From a virus, in the IMG/VR virus record IMGVR_UViG_3300045988_159943, positions 1 to 32,308 of that record: a DNA stretch of 32,308 bases; one strand, given 5' to 3'. Under the pieces are notes generated by a model. That model was not told the origin of the DNA. It saw only the letters and a program-made list of their open reading frames with translations, and did no database searches. Below, in pieces: positions 1-10,286 of this stretch. The translations under genes and the position numbers were made by a program. Each line of letters begins with the position of its first letter. Position 1 is the stretch's first letter.

Positions 1-16
1 CTGTAGTTCAGTAATT

Positions 17-1495
17 ATGTGGCAGTATATCAAAGCTATGCGAAAGGACTATCCAGTATTTTTGGTGCTTCATGAGAACAACAAGGCACACGGCCTAAGT
101 TCTTGGGATTTTGACCTTCCAAGCAGTACAAAATTATTGATTATCCCTGATGCAGCAACGAATGATATTGATGAATGTCAAGAACTAATTGATAAAGGGA
201 TTTCAGTGATTGCTCTCGACCATCATCAAAAAAGTGATACTCGACAAAATCCAGCTATTGTAGTAAACAATCAAATTTCTGAGTGTTACTATAATAAAGA
301 CGCTTGTGGAGCTCATATAACATATGATTTCTTGAGGGCACTTGATGATTATTATTGGCAGGAATACGCAGATCAATTTGTAGATTTGGTTGCATTAGCT
401 GATCTTTCAGATGTAATGAGTATTAAATCAGAAAGCACTAGAGCTGTGATAAACTATGGGATACAGAATATTCATAATAAAATGTTTCAAGAGATAATTA
501 AGGCACAGGATTTTTCCATGAAAGGTATTATTAATCCACATACGGTTACATTCTATGTAACTCCTTTAATTAATAGCTTCTTACGTTTGGCTACTCTTGA
601 AGAACGTGAGTTGCTCATTAGAGCTTTTTGTGAAGTAGACTTTGAAACTTTTGAATATACAAAACGTGGAGAAGCTTTTCCAATTGAGGAAAGTATTTAT
701 GAACATGTTGTTCGATTGATGAAGAGCTATAAAGCAAAGCAGGATCGCTCTAGAGATAAGGCAGTCAAGCTACTTCTCGATAGAGTCTCGGATTTTGAAG
801 ACAATAAGGTTGCAATCATTAATGCAACAGGGGATGTTGATGGGGCTCTGACGGGGCTTGTGGCTATTAGAATCAGTGAGGCTATTAATAGACCTGTGTT
901 GCTTGTAAGAGAGCGTGATGGAGCGCTAATGGGTTCTGGACGTACCTTTAATAATTGTCCGATTGAAGACTTTAGAGAGTTGGCAGAGAGCTGCCCATAT
1001 ACTACTTTAGCGCAAGGGCACCCTGGAGCATTTGGTTATGGAGTACAGAAAGATAAAGTCAATGAAGCAACTCAGTGGTTTAATGAACAACTCAAAGATA
1101 TCAGCATGGAAAAAGTATATCATGTTGATTTTCTATTGGATATTGATGACTTGACTATTGGTTTGATTCAAGAAATTGACAGGAATCAAGGACTTTGGGG
1201 GCACGGAATTGAAGAGCCTCTTGTAGCAGTTGAAAATATTACAATAAAGCATAGTGGTATCAAAATTCAGGGCAAGAATTATGATTCGATTGCTTTTATT
1301 ATAAATGATATTAAATTTGTTCAGTTTAAACTTTCAGCAGACAATGAACTGCTTGAGTGGGCTTCTAATTGGGATATTTCAGAAGACGATGAAATTACTT
1401 TAAATGTCGTTGGTGAAATGAGTATTTCGACATACAAAGGGGTTTGTACGCCGCAAGTAATAATTGTTAGCTCTATGATCACAGAAAATAGGTGA
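17..1495 (+). CDS. DHH-family phosphoesterase (RecJ/NrnA-like nuclease); N-terminus may lie upstream of window
   Basis: DHH motif III (VIALDHHQ) and a DHHA1-like GH motif (AQGHPGAFGYG) near the C-terminus. Motifs I and II look degenerate (LHENNKAHG, IIPDAATND). No in-frame stop between window start and the ATG at 17, and no obvious RBS. Confidence 0.55.
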   Translation: MWQYIKAMRKDYPVFLVLHENNKAHGLSSWDFDLPSSTKLLIIPDAATNDIDECQELIDKGISVIALDHHQKSDTRQNPAIVVNNQISECYYNKDACGAHITYDFLRALDDYYWQEYADQFVDLVALADLSDVMSIKSESTRAVINYGIQNIHNKMFQEIIKAQDFSMKGIINPHTVTFYVTPLINSFLRLATLEERELLIRAFCEVDFETFEYTKRGEAFPIEESIYEHVVRLMKSYKAKQDRSRDKAVKLLLDRVSDFEDNKVAIINATGDVDGALTGLVAIRISEAINRPVLLVRERDGALMGSGRTFNNCPIEDFRELAESCPYTTLAQGHPGAFGYGVQKDKVNEATQWFNEQLKDISMEKVYHVDFLLDIDDLTIGLIQEIDRNQGLWGHGIEEPLVAVENITIKHSGIKIQGKNYDSIAFIINDIKFVQFKLSADNELLEWASNWDISEDDEITLNVVGEMSISTYKGVCTPQVIIVSSMITENR

Positions 1496-2619
1496 TATGT
1501 ATAAAAAGAAAAACTCATGAAGAATATGTTACAGAATTACTTCAGTGCACCCCTGATATCAAGGTAATTGAAAATTATATTGATGCAAGAACACCCATTT
1601 TTCATATATGTAATATATGCAATAATAAATGGAAAATTAGGCCGAGTGCTTTACTGTATAGAAAAACTTGTCCAGTTTGTTCTGGAAGAACAATTGGTCC
1701 ACCTCCCGAATATCGCAATAGCATTTGGGCGTCTAAATACAAGGAATATTTTTTGCAGTTTTTGAGTGAAAAACAAATGAAGGAACTAATGCCACATTCT
1801 AAAAATAAAGTAAATGTAACATGCCCATATTGTGGACAGCAAAAGTATATCACTATTGATAACTTATCAAACCAAGGGTTATCTTGTCCATGTAATGATG
1901 GAAGGTCGTTTCCAAATAAGTTTATTTATAATGTGTTAGTTCAACTGCAACAACAATTTGAACCAGAATATTCCCCAAGATGGGCAGAAGGTAAAAGGTA
2001 TGATATATACATACCAAAACATAATGTCATCATAGAAAATCATGGATTACAACACTATAAAGAGTGGCCCAATACAGCAAGGTCTTTAGTGGAAGAACAA
2101 AAAAATGATACATATAAAGAAGCGCTTGCAAAAGAAAATGGAATATCTAAATATATTGTATTAGATTGTAGAAGATCATCAAGAGATTGGATAAAAAAAT
2201 CAATTATGCAATCTAATCTCCCACAGATATTAAATTTTTCCGAAGAAGATATTGATTGGAATAAATGTTTAGAATATGCAACAAAAAATAATTTTAAAGA
2301 TATTGTGGATTTATTTTTGCAAGGGAACTCTGTACGAATGATTGCAAACAAAATGAATATCAGTGAACCTGTAATTAGAACACAACTACGTTTTGCTAAT
2401 CAAATGGAGCTATGTTCTTACTTCCATGAAAATAACGAAACAAGAAAAAAACCAGTAGTATGTATAGAAACAGGTGAGTATTACGAGTCTATTAGAATGG
2501 CAGCGAGGTTAACTGGCATTGACAATACTGGGATAAGCAGAAGTTGTCGTACTGGATGTGCTGCGGGGCGTGGATTGAATGGACAAAAACTACATTGGAA
2601 AATAGCTGATAAAAATTAA
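1492..2619 (+). CDS. Free-standing homing-endonuclease-like protein: N-terminal zinc ribbons, Vsr/PD-(D/E)xK-like core, C-terminal NUMOD1-like HTH
   Basis: Several CxxC pairs (CNICNNKW, CPVCSG, CPYCGQ, CPCNDG). Core RYDIYIPKHNVIIENHGLQHY resembles the Vsr-like/DUF559 nuclease motif (D-x-P...IExxGxxH). C-terminal IETGEYYESIRMAARLTGIDNTGISRSCR resembles the NUMOD1 DNA-binding motif of GIY-YIG/HNH homing endonucleases. Confidence 0.4.
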   Translation: MICIKRKTHEEYVTELLQCTPDIKVIENYIDARTPIFHICNICNNKWKIRPSALLYRKTCPVCSGRTIGPPPEYRNSIWASKYKEYFLQFLSEKQMKELMPHSKNKVNVTCPYCGQQKYITIDNLSNQGLSCPCNDGRSFPNKFIYNVLVQLQQQFEPEYSPRWAEGKRYDIYIPKHNVIIENHGLQHYKEWPNTARSLVEEQKNDTYKEALAKENGISKYIVLDCRRSSRDWIKKSIMQSNLPQILNFSEEDIDWNKCLEYATKNNFKDIVDLFLQGNSVRMIANKMNISEPVIRTQLRFANQMELCSYFHENNETRKKPVVCIETGEYYESIRMAARLTGIDNTGISRSCRTGCAAGRGLNGQKLHWKIADKN

Positions 2620-2625
2620 TATTTA

Positions 2626-2640
2626 CAATACAAAATTATT
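2626..2640 (+). promoter_or_regulatory. conserved motif copy 1: CAATACAAAATTATT
   Basis: Exact 15-mer. 36 nt upstream of the 2677 start. Confidence 0.5.
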
Positions 2641-2676
2641 TTGAGAATAGATGGCTAGATTGATGGAGGTATAAAC

Positions 2677-3045
2677 ATGGAACATAAGCATAAATATTTG
2701 CTCGAAGTGTTTGATGAAAACGAGATGCCATTTCCAGTTAATCAATCAGGTTATGCTGATTTTGATGAAAGAGATACTTTCAATCTCAAATATACTTTAG
2801 TATGTTGGCTTTACGAAAGACTTAGATTTTTTCAAGAAGGAACATGTATTGATTTAAATTTTCATAAATTTGACATTGATGGAGAAGAATTAACTCAAGC
2901 TCAGTGCATTCAGAGAATGATTGATGACTGTAAGATTATTATGGTTGGCAATGACTGGGATGATGGTGAATTTAAGAAAATGGATGCAGCTAAAGATGAT
3001 TTGCTTAAGGTATTAGGTAAAGTTTATTGGGCTATGTGGTGGTAA
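2677..3045 (+). CDS. hypothetical protein
   Basis: 122-aa ORF with GGAGG RBS (2664-2668) 8 nt upstream. Conserved CAATACAAAATTATT motif lies 36 nt upstream. No recognisable domain. Confidence 0.5.
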   Translation: MEHKHKYLLEVFDENEMPFPVNQSGYADFDERDTFNLKYTLVCWLYERLRFFQEGTCIDLNFHKFDIDGEELTQAQCIQRMIDDCKIIMVGNDWDDGEFKKMDAAKDDLLKVLGKVYWAMWW

Positions 3046-3066
3046 ATAAGAAAGGATTGATTAAAC

Positions 3067-3516
3067 ATGACCTTAGAAGTTTTACAAAATGAAATGATTG
3101 CAGCTCTCAAAAGTGGAAATAAGTTTCGTAAGCAAGTAATTTCTACTTTGGTTGATTCTGTTAAGAGCGCAGCAATTAATAAGAATTGTAGAGATAATAT
3201 CACAGAGGACTTAGTTGATGAAGTTCTATTAAAGTGTAAGAAGACATGTCAAGAAATGATTGATACTTGCCCTGCGGGTCGAGTTGATCTTCTAATTCAG
3301 TATCGGAATCAGCTTGATATTGTCAATGAGTTTGCTCCTGTATTGATTGCTGACGAACGAGAGATTAGTATGCTTGTTTCATCTTATGCGAGTGAGGCTG
3401 ATGTAGCACTTGTTAAGGCTAATCGTGGCAAGATTATGAAGATTGCCGCGGAGAAGTTGAAGGGCAAGGCCGATATGGGAATTGTAAGTAAGGTTGTTGG
3501 AGGAATGTTGGCATGA
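3067..3516 (+). CDS. GatB/YqeY-domain protein
   Basis: N-terminus LEVLQNEMIAALKSGNKFRKQVISTLVDSVKSAAINK and C-terminal GKIMKIAAEKLKGKADMGIVSKVVGGML match the YqeY/GatB C-terminal domain pattern. Confidence 0.55.
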   Translation: MTLEVLQNEMIAALKSGNKFRKQVISTLVDSVKSAAINKNCRDNITEDLVDEVLLKCKKTCQEMIDTCPAGRVDLLIQYRNQLDIVNEFAPVLIADEREISMLVSSYASEADVALVKANRGKIMKIAAEKLKGKADMGIVSKVVGGMLA

Positions 3517-3731
3517 AAAGACCTGTAGATAATTTTTGCAAATATGTATTACCCTGTGGATATTGCGAAAATACCGGTGCCCTATGTAAATTATTTAAGG
3601 ATGATAATAATCTAAATAAACATGAACACGATTGGGAACTTACAGGAGCTAATTGTTCAGATGAAGGCACCGAATTAGAATATACTTGTAAGAAATGTAG
3701 AGCTGTAATGAAGGAGAGTTATCCGAGATGA
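3513..3731 (+). CDS. small Cys-rich (zinc-ribbon-like) protein
   Basis: 72 aa with C-x2-C ... C-x2-C spacing (CGYC...CKKC). Overlaps upstream stop (ATGA). Confidence 0.4.
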   Translation: MKRPVDNFCKYVLPCGYCENTGALCKLFKDDNNLNKHEHDWELTGANCSDEGTELEYTCKKCRAVMKESYPR

Positions 3732-3915
3732 CTGAACAAGAATTCTGGGACTTAGAATCTCAATGGGAAGATACTTCTGAGTATCAAGAATATGAAGCAT
3801 ATTGTGACAAATACAAATCTTCTCAAAATGAAGAAGAGATTCAAGAATGTTGGCGGCTGTTTTGGAGAGCTCTTGATAATGGGATTGGAAAACAGTTGAG
3901 ATCCGAAAGACAGTT

Positions 3916-3937
<22 letters not shown>
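3728..3937 (+). CDS. hypothetical acidic protein
   Basis: 69-aa ORF, translationally coupled to neighbours. Confidence 0.35.
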
Positions 3938-6299
<2,362 letters not shown>

Positions 6300-6308
6300 T
6301 AACCAAAA

Positions 6309-6346
6309 ATGGCTATGAGTTTTTGTGCAACTTATAGCCATTTTTT
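6309..6346 (+). terminator. rho-independent terminator after ligA
   Basis: 13-bp stem ATGGCTATGAGTT/AACTTATAGCCAT (1 mismatch), 7-nt loop, followed by TTTTTT. Confidence 0.7.
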
Positions 6347-6349
6347 CTA

Positions 6350-6378
6350 TTGATTTTTGTGCAAAAATATGGTAGTAT
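6350..6378 (+). promoter_or_regulatory. sigma-A-like promoter (TTGATT-17-TAGTAT, with TGg extension)
   Basis: -35 TTGATT at 6350-6355, 17-nt spacer, TGgTAGTAT at 6370-6378. Conserved CAATACAAAATTATT motif follows at about +1. Confidence 0.45.
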
Positions 6379-6380
6379 AA

Positions 6381-6395
6381 CAATACAAAATTATT
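6381..6395 (+). promoter_or_regulatory. conserved motif copy 2: CAATACAAAATTATT
   Basis: Exact 15-mer immediately 5' of RBS GGAAGGAG. Confidence 0.5.
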
Positions 6396-6411
6396 GGAAG
6401 GAGTATCATAT

Positions 6412-7302
6412 ATGCGAGTATACAAACATAGTAAATACGACTATGCTACAATTGTAGAAATTCAAAAGGCAGAATTAAAAAAAATTGATATGGTTTTATG
6501 CAAACAACCTAGAGAAACTTTAAAAGCATTTTACGATAGACAAGCGATAAAGCCTAATTTTATTATTAATGGCGGTTTTTTTAATATGAATGATGGCACA
6601 ACTTGCTTTAATCTTGTTGACGAGAATAAAACAATTACAGCCTTAAATTACTACACTCTTGGGATGGGCGTTGTAGATGAAACAAAGTTAATTTATGGAG
6701 ATATAAAAGATAGAACTGATTGGAGAGACTTTGTTTCTGGATATCCGCCTCTTGTTGTTGATGGTAAAGCGTGTAAGATCACATATGCTACAGAATTGGA
6801 TTATAAAGCAAGAAGAAGTATTCTCGGATATAATAACAGTTTTATCTTTTTAATTGCTGTTGAGCTCCCTGGTATGACATTTGAAGAAATGCAATTTTTA
6901 GCACTCACTGTTGGTTGTAAATATGCTATCAATATTGATGGCGGTGGTAGCACTAAGATTCTACAGAATGGTCAGTCGATTACCTCTTCACTTTACAACA
7001 GAGCAGTAGATAATGTAATTGCTATTTATTTAAAGGATAAAGAGGAAGACACTTCTGTAACACAAAAGGTTATCTATCGTGTACAACTTGGAGCATTTGG
7101 AAATAAGGCTAATGCAGAGAATTTACTTGCAAAGATTAAAGTACTTCCTGACACGATTGGTGCTGGCTATAGCAGCGCATATATTCGATTGGTCAATGGG
7201 CTTTATAAAGTTCAAGTAGGGGCATTTAGTGTGAAGGCTAATGCTGACAAGGTTTTATTGGACCTTAAAAGCCAAGGTTATAGTGCATTTATTACTACAT
7301 AA
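6412..7302 (+). CDS. phosphodiester glycosidase (DUF2233/NAGPA-like) with two C-terminal SPOR peptidoglycan-binding domains
   Basis: INIDGGGSTKIL motif typical of the phosphodiester glycosidase family. Two ~70-aa SPOR-like repeats (YRVQLGAFGNKANAENLLAKIK... and YKVQVGAFSVKANADKVLLDLKSQGYSAFI). ATG at 6412 has RBS GGAAGGAG; the ORF track's TTG at 6394 is a less likely start. No signal peptide seen. Confidence 0.6.
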   Translation: MRVYKHSKYDYATIVEIQKAELKKIDMVLCKQPRETLKAFYDRQAIKPNFIINGGFFNMNDGTTCFNLVDENKTITALNYYTLGMGVVDETKLIYGDIKDRTDWRDFVSGYPPLVVDGKACKITYATELDYKARRSILGYNNSFIFLIAVELPGMTFEEMQFLALTVGCKYAINIDGGGSTKILQNGQSITSSLYNRAVDNVIAIYLKDKEEDTSVTQKVIYRVQLGAFGNKANAENLLAKIKVLPDTIGAGYSSAYIRLVNGLYKVQVGAFSVKANADKVLLDLKSQGYSAFITT

Positions 7303-7319
7303 ATTGGAGACAAAATATA

Positions 7320-8087
7320 ATGAACATTGAAACAATTGCTAACTCTGGACAGTGTTTCAGATTAAATCAAATTGATCCGATACACTACGAACTGGTTGCT
7401 CACGGGGAAGTCCTTGAAATATATGCACCAAAACCAGACCGTTGGTCATGGGTGTCTTATAATGATTGGTCGAAATATTTTAGACTTAATGAAGATTTTA
7501 ATATCAAAAACCCAGATCCCTTTCTCGCAGAAGCTATTAAGCACTCTCCTGGGCTCGTTATTTTGCGACAAGATCCTTGGGAAGTTTTAATTAGTTTTAT
7601 CATCTCTCAGCGCAAGAGTATTCCAGCTATTAAGAATAGCATTGAGCGACTCTGTAAAGCTTATGGAACTCCTATTGATGAAACTCATTATGCTTTTCCC
7701 ACAGCAGAACAATTAATGTTTATGAATCTTGACCGAGATGATTGTGGATTAGGATATAGAAAAGATTATATTTTAAGATTAGCTAGAGATGTAGTTAGTG
7801 GAAATTTCAGCATGAAAGAACTGGTTGCTGCTGATTATGATACTGCGAAAAAGATGCTTTTAAGTATTAAAGGTGTAGGTGAAAAGATTGCAAATTGCGT
7901 ATTACTTTTTGGACTAAGTTTTAACAATGCATTTCCTATTGATGTTCATATGCAAAGAGTTTTAGAAGAACATTATCCCGACGGCTTCCCATATGAAAGA
8001 TATAACGGGCAGCTTGGATTAGTTCAACAATATTTATTTGAATACCAAAGATATTTAACTAAAAATGGAGGCAAAAATCATGAATGA
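7320..8087 (+). CDS. ogg: OGG1-type 8-oxoguanine DNA glycosylase/AP lyase (HhH-GPD superfamily)
   Basis: IKGVGEKIANCVLLFGLSFNNAFPIDVHMQRV aligns with the human OGG1 HhH-GPD active-site segment [27 protein letters not shown], including the catalytic Lys and Asp positions. Confidence 0.7.
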   Translation: MNIETIANSGQCFRLNQIDPIHYELVAHGEVLEIYAPKPDRWSWVSYNDWSKYFRLNEDFNIKNPDPFLAEAIKHSPGLVILRQDPWEVLISFIISQRKSIPAIKNSIERLCKAYGTPIDETHYAFPTAEQLMFMNLDRDDCGLGYRKDYILRLARDVVSGNFSMKELVAADYDTAKKMLLSIKGVGEKIANCVLLFGLSFNNAFPIDVHMQRVLEEHYPDGFPYERYNGQLGLVQQYLFEYQRYLTKNGGKNHE

Positions 8088-8316
8088 AAATGCACAGAAT
8101 GCTTGTTTGACAACAACAATATTAGATGAAGAAACTGGCAAGATGATGTTAACTTATGTGCCCTTGCGCATCACCCAGAGCCTTTTAAATGAGCTCTTGG
8201 ATAACAGTACTTGTGATAACAAAAGAGGTTTCCAGTTTGAATTGCTTATTAGCCCTGAAAAGTATTGGGGAGATATGTGGAAGGGTCTAGAGGATATGTG
8301 TGATGATGACGAGTGA
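8065..8316 (+). CDS. hypothetical protein
   Basis: 83-aa ORF overlapping neighbours by a few codons. Acidic C-terminus. Confidence 0.35.
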   Translation: MEAKIMNENAQNACLTTTILDEETGKMMLTYVPLRITQSLLNELLDNSTCDNKRGFQFELLISPEKYWGDMWKGLEDMCDDDE

Positions 8317-8509
8317 AATAATTACCTGCTTAATGAAAGGCGAAGAGGTAGACCTAGAAGAAGTTGCTTATAGGTTGGGGGAGTTAACTCAAGTTATTAA
8401 TGATATGATGAACGACCATTATACTGACTATCTTGAATATTACGCTGAAAGATGTTGGCAATTGGAAGAAGAGATTACAAAGTTAAAGAAAGGAGGAAGT
8501 AAATCTTGA
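8300..8509 (+). CDS. hypothetical protein
   Basis: 69-aa ORF. Its stop TGA overlaps a TTG (8506) preceded by AGGAGG (8491-8496). Confidence 0.35.
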   Translation: MMMTSEIITCLMKGEEVDLEEVAYRLGELTQVINDMMNDHYTDYLEYYAERCWQLEEEITKLKKGGSKS

Positions 8510-8566
8510 TTTTAACCAAAGGACAGGAAAAAGGATTGAAAATTGCAGTAGCCAGATATAAGTCAC

Positions 8567-9652
8567 ATGAAGCATATACTTGTATTGCTGGCTATGCTTA
8601 AAGCTGGTACTGGTAAAAGTACACTTGCAAAATATATAGTTGAAGCACTCAATATTCCAGACAGCCAAGTCGCTAATATTGCTTATACTGGCAAAGCAAG
8701 TTTGGTTTTAAAAAATAAAGGATTGCCAAATTGTATGACGGCACACAAATTGTTATATTTTGCAAAAGAACTTCCTGATGGAAATTATGAGTTTAAGCCA
8801 AGAAAATCTCTTGAAAATAATTTTAAACTAATTGTTGTTGATGAGGTTTCAATGCTTCCAGAAGATATGTGGTGGTTATTACTTTCCCATGGAGTTCACG
8901 TTATTGCACTTGGAGATCCTGGGCAACTTCCACCAGTTGATGGCACTTCAACAATATTAGATCATCCACATGTTTTTTTAGATGAAATTGTGCGCCAAGC
9001 TTTAGACAATCCCATTATTAAATTGAGCATGGATATTCGAGAAGGCAAGCCGCTCGTTTATGGTGGCCCAAGAGAGGCGAGGATAATGCCATATCATAAA
9101 GTATCAAAAGGTTTACTACTCGGTGCTGATATAGTAATTTGTGGATTAAATGCGACACGACATGCGCTCAATCAAAGAATGAGAAAAATGAAGTGGGAAG
9201 ACGCATATCAAGATACTCCAATAAACGGAGATAAATGTATTTGCTTAAAAAATCGTTGGTCTACATTAAGTAACACAGGAGATAGTTTAATCAATGGGGC
9301 TCTTGGAACTCTAGAAAATATTAAACTTTCAAGTACTAAGAAAATAGAGACAAAAATGACAGCAAATTTTATCTCAGAAACCAATGGTATATTCGATAAG
9401 CTTGATATGGATTATAAGCTTATTACTACCGGGGAACCATTAATCAACAAAGAGAATTTTATGCAGTTCACTAAAAAAGAACGACCTATAGAATTTTCAT
9501 ATGGTTATGCTATAACTTGCCATAAAAGTCAAGGTTCAGAGTTTGACAGAGTTCTCATTTATGATGAACCTTTTGGCGATTGGGAACAAAGAAAGCGTTG
9601 GAGATATACAGCTGTAACTAGGGCAGCAAAACAATTAGTTATAATTATGTAA
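8567..9652 (+). CDS. SF1B DNA helicase (Dda/RecD-like); N-terminal 31 codons are in another frame (8506-8601), giving an apparent +1 frameshift
   Basis: Walker A AGTGKST near the N-terminus and C-terminal CHKSQGSEFDRVLIYD (UvrD_C_2-like). The upstream frame (TTG 8506, RBS AGGAGG) encodes LTKGQEKGLKIAVARYKSHEAYTCIAGYA-stop. This aligns with T4 Dda LTEGQKNAFNIVMKAIKEKKHHVTINGPAGTGKTT up to the P-loop. Confidence 0.7.
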   Translation: MKHILVLLAMLKAGTGKSTLAKYIVEALNIPDSQVANIAYTGKASLVLKNKGLPNCMTAHKLLYFAKELPDGNYEFKPRKSLENNFKLIVVDEVSMLPEDMWWLLLSHGVHVIALGDPGQLPPVDGTSTILDHPHVFLDEIVRQALDNPIIKLSMDIREGKPLVYGGPREARIMPYHKVSKGLLLGADIVICGLNATRHALNQRMRKMKWEDAYQDTPINGDKCICLKNRWSTLSNTGDSLINGALGTLENIKLSSTKKIETKMTANFISETNGIFDKLDMDYKLITTGEPLINKENFMQFTKKERPIEFSYGYAITCHKSQGSEFDRVLIYDEPFGDWEQRKRWRYTAVTRAAKQLVIIM

Positions 9653-9653
9653 G

Positions 9654-9668
9654 CAATACAAAATTATT
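9654..9668 (+). promoter_or_regulatory. conserved motif copy 3: CAATACAAAATTATT
   Basis: Exact 15-mer starting 2 nt after the helicase stop and abutting RBS AGGAGG. Confidence 0.5.
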
Positions 9669-9681
9669 AGGAGGATATATT

Positions 9682-10257
9682 GTGGAAGAAATCATTTGGG
9701 GCAAAGAAACCGGAGATTTAGAAAACGATCAATATATTTCTATCAGTATTGATGATGATTCTGAACATATTTGTATTAATTTTTTTAGTTTAGGTCATGT
9801 ATGTGAATATCATTTTACTATCAAAGATGTAAATTCATATAATGATTTTAAAACTAATCTTACTTGTATGTTTGATGACTGTGAAAGTGTCTATGACGCT
9901 GAAGAGATGTTTAATGAATCTGATTCTTTTGTTTATGAGTATCTTGATGACTATGAAGAATTAGATCAAGAAATGCGTACAGAAGAAGAAATTCATGAAT
10001 TTATGAACCAAGCCAGTGATATGATTTGGTTGGCTAGAAAGCAAAATATGTTTTATAATATGTTGCTTGGCATCGAAGGTGTTGATGCTAGTACTCTTGA
10101 TGGATGCAATAAAGCGATTGACGAAATTTGCCAGAGATATGATATTGATTTTAAAGAGCCCATTAGCGATTGGGAAAATGGATATTGGAATGGTATCTTG
10201 GTTGCATTAAGTTGGATAATGGGCGGAGAAATAGAATATGTAGATGATGATGATTAA
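9682..10257 (+). CDS. highly acidic hypothetical protein
   Basis: GTG start with AGGAGG RBS. About 26% Asp+Glu, few basic residues, ends in DDDD. Immediately upstream of the polymerase gene. Confidence 0.5.
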   Translation: MEEIIWGKETGDLENDQYISISIDDDSEHICINFFSLGHVCEYHFTIKDVNSYNDFKTNLTCMFDDCESVYDAEEMFNESDSFVYEYLDDYEELDQEMRTEEEIHEFMNQASDMIWLARKQNMFYNMLLGIEGVDASTLDGCNKAIDEICQRYDIDFKEPISDWENGYWNGILVALSWIMGGEIEYVDDDD

Positions 10258-10271
10258 GAGTACAAAATTAT
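10258..10271 (+). promoter_or_regulatory. conserved motif copy 4 (variant GAGTACAAAATTAT)
   Basis: TAAGAGTACAAAATTAT 17-mer, identical to the copy at 14015. 15 nt upstream of the dnaE start. Confidence 0.5.
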
Positions 10272-10286
10272 AGAAGGGGGGATGAG

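Noticed and set aside
7372-7590. 72-aa + strand ORF inside the glycosylase gene
   Set aside because: Alternative frame of a CDS with strong homology motifs. No RBS.
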